Shown here: one piece after another, positions 1-20,466 of the stretch
Numbering within the stretch: position 1 is the stretch's first letter
Layout of the letters: every line of letters begins with the position of its first letter
Source: Eledone cirrhosa
Taxonomy: Eukaryota
DNA: 64,000 bases
Reading direction: 5' to 3'
Assembly (NCBI GenBank): GCA_964016885.1
Contig: CAXHJY010001669.1
Coordinates: forward strand, 1-64,000
Made by a program: the position numbers and the translations under genes
The notes under the pieces: model-generated
Databases searched by the model: none
The model's input: the letters and a program-made list of their open reading frames with translations, nothing else
Told to the model about the DNA's origin: nothing

Positions 1-184
1 CTTCTCTCTTCATAATGTACTATATAGCTCTGATACTGGTTCAGTCTAATCCATTCGGATTGGTTTGTCCCAGTTATTCATAGAGCAACATCGGTTAAGG
101 TTGGCACCATTAACTCAAGGATGGATGTGGATATATTCATGTATATGTGTGTGTCCTCATGTATCTGTGGGTTTCTCAATATAT

Positions 185-8012
<7,828 letters not shown>

Positions 8013-8569
8013 GGTGGCTGCCAACTCGTTTTCGAGTACGGCCACTACTTTATATCCATGTAGGAGAACCCCTACCGATGCGCTGAACGAGTGTGACTTT
8101 TTAGTCCAGCCAGCGACTTGGAAACTCTGGTACAAACACTACACTTGTGACAATTATTGACACATAGTGCTGGGCGCACGGTACCATGTGACGACAAGTG
8201 CAGAAAGATCTCCAGATATAAAGCAATGCCTGTGCCGTGAAGGTTTTATAGTGAGCAAAGGCACTGCACAAAGCCAGTCCCACTCTCTTAACCAAGATGA
8301 TATTTACCAAAAAGAAGTCAACATCATTGGATACCATCAGAGTTGCAGGTGTTATATCAGATTTTCCTTCTCCTAGAATTCTGCCTTGACAAAGGCTAAG
8401 GGGTCATCTCTCCCGGTGATTTTGGATGGCCATTGACTTTTAAGAGCTCCTTTGCCCTTTGACAGGTTTTGTTTTTAGTCCTGCAGGATGTCCAAAGTCA
8501 CCCTCCTCACCAAGAAACATTGGTGGGGTTGCTAGTTTAGTCACCAACGACCCGACCATGGGACAGGTT
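8013..8569 (-). mobile_element. Short non-autonomous RTE-clade retroposon, copy 1 (5'UTR joined to ORF 3' end and 3'UTR)
   Basis: The reverse complement of ~8222-8556 aligns by eye with 10893-11292 (GGGTCGTyGGyGACTAAAC..GGTGAGGAGGGTGAyTTTGGACA..TAGCCTTTGTCAAGGCA..TCTAGGAGAAGG..GCACAGGCATTGC). CTAGGAGAAGGAAAA resembles RTE 5'UTR motifs. Minus strand 8143-8072 encodes [23 protein letters not shown], like the terminal zinc finger of RTE ORFs. The 3' end GGCCGTACTCGAAAACGAGTTGGCAGCCACC runs into the TATG/TA repeat. Family assignment is from recalled motifs. Confidence 0.7.
8072..8143 (-). pseudogene. C2H2 zinc-finger coding remnant (C-x2-C-x12-H-x4-H) of a retrotransposon ORF C-terminus
   Basis: Manual translation of the minus strand gives [23 protein letters not shown] followed by TAG at 8074-8072. 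This frame is not shown in the ORF track. Confidence 0.7.
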
Positions 8570-8978
8570 GTACGTACGTACGTACGTACGTACGTACGTA
8601 CATACGTACATACGTACATACATACATACATACATACATACATACGTACGTACGTACATACATACGTACGTACGTACGTACGTACGTACGTACGTACGTA
8701 CGTACGTACGTACGTACGTACATACGTACATACGTACATACGTACATACATACATACATACATACATACATACATACATACATACATACATACATACATA
8801 CATACATACATACATACATACATACATACATACATACATACATACATACATACATACATACATACATACATACATACATACATACATACATACATACATA
8901 CATACATACATACATACATACATACATACATACATACATACATACATACATACATACATACATACATACATACATACG
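8570..8978. repeat. Compound tetranucleotide microsatellite: (TACG)n/(TACA)n mix (8570-~8743) followed by pure (TACA)n
   Basis: Direct reading. Confidence 0.98.
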
Positions 8979-9195
8979 AATATTTAAAAAATGGTTCTCA
9001 TCACCCAATGAAATTAAGAGTTAAAATGTGCATTTTTGACAATAAAGCATAGAAATATATGCACTATTGGTTTCATTCTACCTGCGTGTTAAGTACCCAT
9101 ATACAACCTTCTCAGTTCTACCCTCAGCATTGAGAGAGATCTGTGTCGGCTTATATTTCATTGCTCACTTCAAATTCAATAGCTATCCTAATAAT

Positions 9196-9323
9196 TGTTT
9201 CTACTTTAGGCACAAGGCCAGCAAATTACCCAGTGCATTACTGGTACTTTATTTTATCGACCCCGTAAGGATGAAAGGCAAAGTCAACCTCGGCGGGATT
9301 TGAACTCAGATCGTAAAGGGACG
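9196..9323 (-). mobile_element. tRNA-derived SINE copy A, 5'-truncated
   Basis: Nearly identical to 11324-11451. Retains the B box (GAGTTCAAATCC on minus). Flanked by a 10-bp direct repeat TCCTAATAAT at 9186-9195 and 9324-9333. Confidence 0.88.
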
Positions 9324-9353
9324 TCCTAATAATGGCCTTTATTATTACTTTTG

Positions 9354-9522
9354 GGGGCAGTCTCTGTAGAGAGTCGGACGCCATGCTTTGCAGCACGGTT
9401 ACGTCCCTTTACGGACTGAGTTCAAATCCCGCCGAGGTTAACTTTGCCTTTCATCCTTATAGGGTCGATAAAATGAAGTACCAGTAATACACTGGGATAA
9501 TTGCTGGCCAAAAGTAGAAACA
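9354..9522 (+). mobile_element. tRNA-derived SINE copy B, near full-length (octopus-type)
   Basis: A-box-like head GGCAGTCTCTGTAGAG, B box GAGTTCAAATCC at ~9418-9429, body GCCGAGGTTAACTTTGCCTTTCATCC..GGGTCGATAAAAT..AAGTACCAGT, 3' end AGTAGAAACA. 13-bp target-site duplication ATTATTACTTTTG at 9341-9353 and 9523-9535. Confidence 0.9.
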
Positions 9523-10394
9523 ATTATTACTTTTGAGGTATTTATTTTTCCATGCTTGCAAACTTCAAAGGGAGGGCCTATGTTTTGTTTTCAATGTTGA
9601 AGATGTTTCAGTGTTATAGTTCGAGTATCGTATGATGTTAACACAGATTTTAGGCCCCGGCCACCCTTCTTGCGTGGGAAATATAACCTGCCCACATTTC
9701 CATTCGTGTCTGTATTTCTTTCAGTTCTTACAGTGACCAAGTTCAGAAAGCCAAATCATATGATTAGGATAGATACAGCAAAGGTGATGTGAGCGATGTT
9801 TGTTGTAAACCTGGGATCTCAAACACGCGACTGGCAAACTACTTTTCTATGGCTCTCAGCAGAATAATTTTGTTTTCCCCGTTTTAATAATATATATAGT
9901 ACAATTTATTGCAATTTACTCAATAAATTGGAAATAGAATAAATTGGAAAAATGGGAATTTATCCAAAGTGAAACGGAAGAAAAGAGAATTCACCAAAAG
10001 TAAAAACAGAATTAAGGAACATCTGAAACGGAACATTTGTCCCCCTACATTTTGTACTAATTCACATGTCTCACTTACTATCATATACAGATTCATTTTG
10101 ATTAAAAATAATAATAAATAACAGCCTATCAGCTATATTGTTGATTAGCATTATCATTGGTGGTAATCACGCCTCCTCTTCATCTTAATTTTGGCTCATT
10201 GTGCCTCTCTCCCAGGACGTAATTGTCCTTTTGATTTCTTGAGTTTGAAACCCCTGATCGAGATGGCGATTCATAGTAATCAACCTGCTGATAGCAGACG
10301 ACACCTGATGACTATTGTACTTTATAAATATTTATATGGCTGTGTGTGTGTATGTTTTTTTTTATTCACTCTTTCATTTGTTTATATATTCATT

Positions 10395-10872
10395 GTCCCC
10401 TGTCTTCCGTATACACCTATTCCTTCCTCCTACTTGATTTACCCTCTACCTACCTTCAATACTATTTCCCTTCTTTTTTCTCCTCCTCACTCTTCAATTC
10501 TATCCTCTCTGTTGCTCCCACTCTCACTTCCCTTCACAGCCTTCTCTGTTTCTGTCTCCTAAATACTCTCAGTTTTCTTTCTCCTTCATACACATATATC
10601 TAATACTCGCATCCTTTCTCTCTTTCTACAAGTATTACACTCCCAATCATTCTCTCCCCTCGTCTCACTTTTTAGCTTCTCTCTCTCTTTCTCATTTCAC
10701 ATTCTCCTTTTCTCTCTAACCAACTTCCCTCTATCGATCAGCTTTTTACCTCATCACTTTCATACTCCTTACTATTATCATCCTTTTTTTTTAAATTTTA
10801 CTCACTTTCTTCATTTCTCTCCTTTTTTTCTGTCCCCACTTCGTCCCTTATAAATTTTTTTCTTCCTTTTCA
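10395..10872. repeat. Pyrimidine (CT)-rich low-complexity tract
   Basis: The + strand is almost devoid of G and consists of degenerate CT/CTT runs. Confidence 0.8.
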
Positions 10873-10892
10873 TTAAGTTGTATGTATGTATA

Positions 10893-11553
10893 TCGGGTCG
10901 TCGGCGACTAAACCGGAAACCCCACCAAGTTTATTTGGTGAGGAGGGTGATTTTGGACACTCGGCAGGACAAAAACATAACCTGACAAAGGGCAGAAGAA
11001 TTCATAAGAGTCAACGGCCATCCGAAATTGTGAAAATATATATATAGACATGTACCGCCCGGTTAAAACACTGGGAGCGAAGGACCCCCTAGCCTTTGTC
11101 AAGGCATTCTTCTAGGAGAAGGCAACTAATGAAACTGGGATAACTCCGATATAAAACCTGCGGCTCAGTAGTTACTGATGATGTTGATCTTTTCTTCTTT
11201 TCGGGTTATAGCTACTGTTGCTCAGAGAGTGGGATTGGCTCATTGAACAGTCTTTCCTCACTTAAAAAAATATCTTCACGCACAGGCATTGCACGATAGA
11301 ATTAATTAATAATTATTAATAATTGTTTTTACTTTAGGCACAAGGCCAGCAATTACCCAGTGCATTACTGGTACTTTATTTTATCGACCCCGTAAGGATG
11401 AAAGGCAAAGTCAACCTCGGCGGGATTTGAACTGAGATCGTAAAGGGACGTAACTATGCTGGAAAGCATGGCACCCGACCCTCTACCGATACTGCCAATC
11501 CAAATGGTATATCGTGCAATGGCCATACTCGATGACGAGGGCGCAGGCATCAT
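10893..11553 (+). mobile_element. Short non-autonomous RTE-clade retroposon, copy 2, interrupted by a SINE
   Basis: 10893-11292 matches the reverse complement of copy 1. After the SINE, ATGGCCATACTCGATGACGAGGGCGCAGGCATC (~11519-11551) matches the 3' terminus of copy 1 and is followed by ATATATGTATCCATGTATG. It is preceded by TGTATGTATGTATA and lacks the zinc-finger segment. Confidence 0.7.
11300..11496 (-). mobile_element. tRNA-derived SINE copy C, full-length with (ATT)n-like tail, nested in RTE copy 2
   Basis: Minus strand reads GGCAGTATCGGTAGAGGGTCGGGTGCCATGC..CAGTTCAAATCCCGCCGAGGTTGACTTTGCCTTTCATCC..GTAAAAACAATTATTAATAATTATT, the same family as copies A and B. Confidence 0.88.
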
Positions 11554-11717
11554 ATATGTATCCATGTATGAACCCGTAACTCCTGATGGAATCGTAGGGA
11601 CGCCGACATACGACGTTCCATGAGCATTTTAAACCTGACAGAGCCCATCTCCTCTCAGGGTCGAAATACATCCCATTTCTTACCGAGAAAAAAAAAATAG
11701 AGAGAAGTAGAAAAAGA

Positions 11718-11850
11718 ATCGAACCAGTACTAAACTGGTATTTTATTATCAACATTGAAACAATGATCTCGATGGGATTTGAACTCAGAACACGCAGAGC
11801 CGGAACAAATAGTACGAATCCTTCTATCCGATGTTCTAACAACTTTACCG
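11718..11850 (-). mobile_element. Older, degenerate SINE copy D of a related family
   Basis: CCAGTACTAAACTGGTATTTTATTATC..GGGATTTGAACTCAGAAC resembles the same segments in copies A and C, with many substitutions and deletions. Confidence 0.6.
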
Positions 11851-12062
11851 TACATTTTTATTAAGTTAGATTATCTTTGTTTTTGTTTTTAATTCTCACC
11901 TCTCTCTCTTTCTGTCTAACATAACATATACTCTGTCTAACACTTTGAAACTCCTCCCCATCTGCACCACCACCATTTTAGCGCCATTTCTCAGTCCTTA
12001 CGTCCCATATCCTACCACCTCTACTACCCATCTTTCCAAGGTAGTGGAAAGGGGCAGCATAG

Positions 12063-15000
12063 AAGACAGCTACCACTAGTATCACTACTACCTCCACAGC
12101 CAGAGTTACCAACACCACCACTACTACTACTACTACATCCACAGCCAGAGTTACCAACACCACCACTACTACTACTACTACCTTCACAGCCAGAGTTACC
12201 AGCACCACCACTACTACTACTACTACCTCCACAGCCAGAGTTACCAACACCACCACCACCACCACTACTACTACCTCCACAGCCAGAGTTACCAGCACCA
12301 CCACTACGACTACTACTACATCGACAGCCAGAGTTACCAACACCACCACCACCACTACTACTACTATCTCCACAGCCAGAGTTACCAACACCACCACCAC
12401 TACTACTACCTCCACAGCCAGAGTGACCAACACCACCACCACTACTACTACCTCCACAGCCAGAGTTACCAACACCACCACTACTGCTACTACTACCTCC
12501 ACAGCCAGAGTTACCAACACCACCACCACTACTACTACTACCTCCACAGCCAGAGTTACCAACACTACCACCACTACTACTACCTCCACAGCCAGAGTTA
12601 CCAACACCACCACTACTACTACTACTACTACCTCCACAGCCAGAGTTACCAGCACCACCACTACGACTACTACTACCTCCACAGCCAGAGTTACCAACAC
12701 CACCACCACCACCACTACTACTACCTCCACAGCCAGAGTTACCACCACCACTACTACTACCTCCACAGCCAGAGTTACCAACACCACCACCTCTACTACT
12801 ACCTCCACAGCCAGAGTTACCAACACCACCACTACTACTACTACTACCTCCACAGCCAGAGTTACCAACACCACCACTACTACGACTACTACTACCTCCA
12901 CAGCCAGAGTTACCAACACCACCACCACTACTACTACCCCCACAGCCAGAGTTACCAACACCACCACCACTACTACTACTACCTCCACAGCCAGAGTTAC
13001 CAACACCACCACTACTACTACTACCTCCACAGCCAGAGTTACCAACACCACCATCACTACTACTACCTCCACAGCCAGAGTTACCAACACCACCACTACT
13101 ACTACTACCTCCACAGCCAGAGTTACCAACACCACCACCACTACTACTACCCCCACAGCCAGAGTTACCAACACCACCACCACTACTACTACTACCTCCA
13201 CAGCCAGAGTTACCAACACCACCATCACTACTACTACCTCCACAGCCAGAGTTACCGATACCACCACCACTACTACTACCCCCACAGCCAGAGTTACCAA
13301 CATCACCACTACTACTACTACCTCCACAGCCAGAGTTACCACCACCACCACTACTACTACTACCTCCACAGCCAGAGTTACCAACACCACCACCACCACT
13401 ACTACTACTACTACCCCCACAGCCAGAGTTACCAACACCAACACCACCACCACTACCTCCACAGCCAGAGTTACCAACACCACCACTACTACTACTACCC
13501 CCACAGCCAGAGTTACCAACACCACCACTACTACTACTACTACTACTACCTCCACAGCCAGAGTTACCAACACCACCACCACTACTACTACTACCTCCAC
13601 AGCCAGAGTTACCAACACCACCACCACCACTACTACTACTACTACCCCCACAGCCAGAGTTACTAACACCACCACTACTACTACTACCCCCACAGCCAGA
13701 GTTTCCACCACCACCACCATTACTACTACTACTACCTCCACAGCCAGAGTTACCACCACCACCACCACTACTACTACTACCCCCACAGCCAGAGTTACCA
13801 ACATCACCACTACTGCTACTACTACTACCTCCACAGCCAGAGTTACCAACACCACCAACACTACTACTACTACCTCCACAGCCAGAGTTACCAACACCAC
13901 CACCACTACTACTACTACCTCCACAGCCAGAGTTACCAACACCACCACCACTACTATTACTACCCCTACAGCCAGAGTTACCAACATCACCACTACTACT
14001 ACTACCCCCACAGCCAGAGTTACCAACACCACCACCACTACTAATACTGCCCCCACAGCCAGAGTTACCAACACCACCACCACTACTACTACCTCCACAG
14101 CCAGAGTTACCAACACCACCACCACTACTACTACTACCCCCACAGCCAGAGTTACCAACACCACCACTACTACTACTACCCCCACAGCCAGAGTTACCAA
14201 CATCACCACTACTACTACTACCCCCACAGCCAGAGTTACCAACACCACCACTACTACTACTACTACTACCTCCACAGCCAGAGTTACCAACACCACCACT
14301 ACTACTACTACTACTACCCCCACAGCCAGAGTTACCAACACCACCACCACCACCACTACTACTACTACTACATCCACAGCCAGAGTTACCAACACCACCA
14401 CTACTACTACTACTACTACCTCCACAGCCAGAGTTACCAACACCACCACTACTACTACTACCTCCACAGCCAGAGTTACCAACACCACCACTACTACTAC
14501 TACTACTACCCCCGCAGCCAGAGTTACCAACACCACCACTACTACTACTACTACCCCCACAGCCAGAGTTACCACCACCACCACTACTACTACCTCCACA
14601 GCCAGAGTTACCAACACCACCACTACTACTACTACTACCTCCACAGCCAGAGTTACCAACACCACCACTACTACTACTACTACTACTACCTCCACAGCCA
14701 GAGTTACCACCACCACCACTACTACTACCTCCACAGCCAGAGTTACCAACACCACCACCACCACCACTACTACTACCTCCACAGCCAGAGTTACCAACAC
14801 CACCACTACTACTACTACTACCTCCACAGCCAGAGTTACCAACACCACCACTACTACTACTACTACTACTACCTCCACAGCCAGAGTTACCACCACCACC
14901 ACTACTACTACCTCCACAGCCAGAGTTACCAACACCACCACCACTACTACTACCTCCACAGCCAGAGTTACCAACACCACCACTACTACTACTACTACTA

Positions 15001-16931
15001 CCCCCACAGCCAGAGTTACCAACACTACCACTACTACTACTACTACCCCCACAGCCAGAGTTACCACCACCACCACTACTACTACCTCCACAGCCAGAGT
15101 TACCAACACCACCACTACTACTACTACTACCTCCACAGCCAGAGTTACCACCACCACCACTACTACTACTACTACCTCCACAGCCAGAGTTACCAACACC
15201 ACCACTACTACTACTACTACCCCCACAGCCAGAGTTACCACCACCACCACTACTACTACCTCCACAGCCAGAGTTACCAACACCACCACTACTACTACTA
15301 CTACCTCCACAGCCAGAGTTACCAACACCATCACCTCTACTACTACCCCCACAGCCAGAGTTACCAACACCACCACCACTACTACTACCTCCACAGCTAG
15401 AGTTACCAACACCACCACCACTACTACTACTACTACCTCCACAGCCAGAGTTACCAACACCACCACCACCACTACTACTACCTCCACAGCCAGAGTTACC
15501 AACACCACGACCACTACTACTACTACTACTACCTCCACAGACAGAGTTACCAACACCACCACTACTACTACTACCTCCACAGCCAGAGTTACCAACACCA
15601 CCATCACTACTACTACCTCCACAGCCAGAGTTACCAACACCACCACTACTACTACTACCTCCACAGCCAGAGTTACCAACACCACCACCACTACTACTAC
15701 CCCCACAGCCAGAGTTACCAACACCACCACCACTACTACTACTACCTCCACAGCCAGAGTTACCAACACCACCATCACTACTACTACCTCCACAGCCAGA
15801 GTTACCGATACCACCACCACTACTACTACCCCCACAGCCAGAGTTACCAACATCACCACTACTACTACTACCTCCACAGCCAGAGTTACCAACACCACCA
15901 CCACCACTACTACTACTACTACCCCCACAGCCAGAGTTACCAACACCAACACCACCACCACTACCTCCACAGCCAGAGTTACCAACACCACCACTACTAC
16001 TATTACCCCCACAGCCAGAGTTACCAACACCACCACCACTACTACTACCCCCACAGCCAGAGTTACCAACACCACCACTACTACTACTACTACTACTACC
16101 TCCACAGCCAGAGTTACCAACACCACCACCACTACTACTACTACCTCCACAGCCAGAGTTACCAACACCACCACCACCACTACTACTACTACTACCCCCA
16201 CAGCCAGAGTTACTAACACCACCACTACTACTACTACCCCCACAGCCAGAGTTACCAACACCACCACTACTACTACTACTACTAGCCCCGCAGCCAGAGT
16301 TACCAACACCACCACTACTACTACTACTACCTCCAGGGCCAGAGTTACCAACACCACCACCACCACTACTACTACCTCCACAGCCAGAGTTACCAACATC
16401 ACCACTACTGCTACTACTACTACCTCCACAGCCAGAGTTACCAACACCACCAACACTACTACTACTACCTCCACAGCCAGAGTTACCAACACCACCAACA
16501 CTACTACTACTACCTCCACAGCCAGAGTTACCAACACCACCACCACTACTACTACTACCTCCACAGCCAGAGTTACCAACACCACCACCACTACTATTAC
16601 TACCCCTACAGCCAGAGTTACCAACATCACCACTACTACTACTACCCCCACAGCCAGAGTTACCAACACCACCACCACTACTAATACTACCCCCACAGCC
16701 AGAGTTACCAACACCACCACCACTACTACTACCTCCACAGCCAGAGTTACCAACACCACCACCACTACTACTACTACCCCCACAGCCAGAGTTACCAACA
16801 CCACCACTACTACTACTACCCCCACAGCCAGAGTTACCAACATCACCACTACTACTACTACCCCCACAGCCAGAGTTACCAACACCACCACTACTACTAC
16901 TACTACTACCTCCACAGCCAGAGTTACCAAC

Positions 16932-16966
<35 letters not shown>

Positions 16967-17084
16967 CCCCACAGCCAGAGTTACCAACACCACCACCACC
17001 ACCACTACTACTACTACTACCTCCACAGCCAGAGATACCAACACCACCACTACTACTACTACTACCTCCACAGCCAGAGTTACC

Positions 17085-17119
<35 letters not shown>

Positions 17120-20100
17120 CTCCACAGCCAGAGTTACCAACACCACCACTACTACTACTACTACCTCCACAGCCAGAGTTACCAACACCACCACTACTAC
17201 TACTACTACTAGCCCCGCAGCCAGAGTTACCAACACCACCACTACTACTACTACTACCTCCACAGCCAGAGTTACCAACACCACCACCACCACTACTACT
17301 ACCTCCACAGCCAGAGTTACCAACACCACCACTACTACTACTACTACCTCCACAGCCAGAGTTACCAACACCACCACTACTACTACTACTACTACTACCT
17401 CCACAGCCAGAGTTACCACCACCACCACTACTACTACCTCCACAGCCAGGGTTACCAATACCACCACCACCACCACTACTACTACCTCCACAGCCAGAGT
17501 TACCAACACCACCACTACTACTACTACTACCTCCACAGCCAGAGTTACCAACACCACCACTACTACTACTACTACTACTACCTCCACAGCCAGAGTTACC
17601 ACCACCACCACTACTACTACCTCCACAGCCAGAGTTACCAACACCACCACCACTACTACTACCTCCACAGCCAGAGTTACCAACACCACCACTACTACTA
17701 CCCCCACAGCCAGAGTTACCAACACCACCACTACTACTACTACTACCCCCACAGCCAGAGTTACCACCACCACCACTACTACTACCTCCACAGCCAGAGT
17801 TACCAACACCACCACTACTACTACTACTACCTCCACAGCCAGAGTTACCACCACCACCACTACTACTACTACTACCTCCACAGCCAGAGTTACCAACACC
17901 ACCACTACTACTACTACTACCCCCACAGCCAGAGTTACCACCACCACCACTACTACTACCTCCACAGCCAGAGTTACCAACACCACCACTACTACTACTA
18001 CTACCTCCACAGCCAGAGTTACCAACACCATCACCTCTACTACTACCTCCACAGCCAGAGTTACCAACACCACCACTACTACTACTACTACCTCCACAGC
18101 CAGAGTTACCACCACCACCACTACTACTACTACTACCTCCACAGCCAGAGTTACCAACACCACCACTACTACTACTACTACCCCCACAGCCAGAGTTACC
18201 ACCACCACCACTACTACTACCTCCACAGCCAGAGTTACCAACACCACCACTACTACTACTACTACCTCCACAGCCAGAGTTACCAACACCACCACCACTA
18301 CTACTACCTCCACAGCTAGAGTTACCAACACCACCACCACTACTACTACTACTACCTCCACAGCCAGAGTTACCAACACCACCACCACCACTACTACTAC
18401 CTCCACAGCCACAGTTACCAACACCACCACCACTACTACTACTACCTCCACAGACAGAGTTACCAACACCACCACCACTACCCCCACAGCCAGAGTTACC
18501 AACACCACCACTACTACTACTACCCCCACAGCCAGAGTTACCAACACCACCACTACTACTACTACTACCTCCACAGCCAGAGTTACCAACACCACCACCA
18601 CTACCTCCACAGCCAGAGTTACCAACACCACCACCACTACTACTACTCCCACAGCCAGAGTTACCAACACCACCACCACTACTACTACCCCCACAGCCAG
18701 AGTTACCAACACCACCACCACTACTACTACCTCCACAGCCAGAGTTACCAACACCACCACCACTACTACTACTACCTCCACAGCCAGAGTTACCAACACC
18801 ACCACCACCACTACTACTACTACTACCTCCACAGCCAGAGTTACCACCACCACCACCACCACTACTACTACTACCTCCACAGCCAGAGTTACCAACACCA
18901 CCACCACTACTACTACCTCCACAGCCAGAGTTACCAACACCACCACCACCACTACTACTACTACCTCCACAGCCAGAGTTACCAACACCACCACCACTAC
19001 TACTACCTCCACAGCCAGAGTTACCAACACCACCACCACCACTACTACTACTACCTCCACAGCCAGAGTTACCAACACCACCACCACTACTACTACTACC
19101 TCCACAGCCAGAGTTACCAACACCACCACCACTACTACTACTACCCCCACAGCCAGAGTTACCAACACCACCACCACTACTACTACTACCTCCACAGCCA
19201 GAGTTACCAACACCACCACCACTACTACTACTACCCCCACAGCCAGAGTTACCAACACCGCCACCACTACTACTACTACCTCCACAGCCAGAGTTACCAA
19301 CACCACCACTACTACTACTACTACCTCCACAGCCAGAGTTACCAACACCACCACTACTACTACTACCCCCACAGCCAGAGTTACCAACACCACCACTACT
19401 ACTACTACTACTACCTCCACAGCCAGAGTTACCAACACCACCACCACTACTACTACTACCCCCACAGCCAGAGTTACCAACACCACCACCACTACTGCTA
19501 CTACTACCTCCACAGCCAGAGTTACCAACACCACCACCACTACTACTACTACCCCCACAGCCAGAGTTACCAACACCACCACTACTACTACTACTACCAC
19601 TACCTCCACAGCCAGAGTTACCAACACCACCACCACTACTACTACCCCCACAGCCAGAGTTACCAACACCACCACTACTACTACTACTACTACTACCTCC
19701 ACAGCCAGAGTTACCAACACCACCACCACTACTACTACTACCCCCACAGCCAGAGTTACCAACACCACCACTACTACTACTACTACTACTACCTCCACAG
19801 CCAGAGTTACCAACACCACCACCACTACTACTACTACCCCCACAGCCAGAGTTACCAACACCACCACCACCACTACTACTACTACCCCCACAGCCAGAGT
19901 TACCAACACCACCACCACTACTACTACCTCCACAGCCAGAGTTACCAACACCACCACCACCACTACTACTACTACCTCCACAGCCAGAGTTACCAACACC
20001 ACCAGCACTACTACTACCTCCAAAGCCAGAGTTACCAACACCACCACTACTACTACTACCTCCACAGCCAGAGTTACCAACACCACCACTACTACTACTA

Positions 20101-20466
20101 CTACTACCTCCACAGCCAGAGTTACCAACACCTCCACCACCACTACTACTACTACCTCCACAGCCAGAGTTACCAACACCACCACCACTACTACTACCTC
20201 CACAGCCAGAGTTACCAACACCAACACCACTACTACTACTACCTCCACAGCCAGAGTTACCAACACCACCACTACTACTACTACCCCCACAGCCAGAGTT
20301 ACCAACACCACCACTACTACTACTACTACCACTACCTCCACAGCCAGAGTTACCAACACCACCACTACTACTACTACTACCTCCACAGCCAGAGTTACCA
20401 ACACCACCACCACTACTACTACTACCCCCACAGCCAGAGTTACCAACACCACCACCACTACTACTA
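12063..20466 (+). other. Stop-free mucin-like reading frame ([S/P]TARVTN(T)n, ~2,800 codons); coding status unproven
   Basis: The frame opens after TAG at 12060-12062 and keeps the T-rich register until the 1-bp deletion at ~20467. There is no ATG, signal peptide or strong splice acceptor. A second uninterrupted T-register stretch spans ~37794-56455. Confidence 0.2.

Noticed and set aside
8440-9052. MYVC/YIHT/YVRT ORFs
   Set aside because: Translations of tetranucleotide microsatellites.
9354-9430. tRNA gene
   Set aside because: The A/B boxes belong to a SINE head followed by SINE body, tail and target-site duplication, and no full cloverleaf is evident.
8013-11553. The two inverted RTE copies as terminal inverted repeats of one 3.5-kb DNA transposon
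   Set aside because: The copies are substantially diverged, have different internal deletions and their own tails, and no transposase or shared target-site duplication is present.
9067-11842. Short ORFs of 64-123 aa (9067, 10191, 10346, 10908, 11365, 11483)
   Set aside because: They overlap SINE, RTE or CT-rich sequence and have no recognisable protein features.
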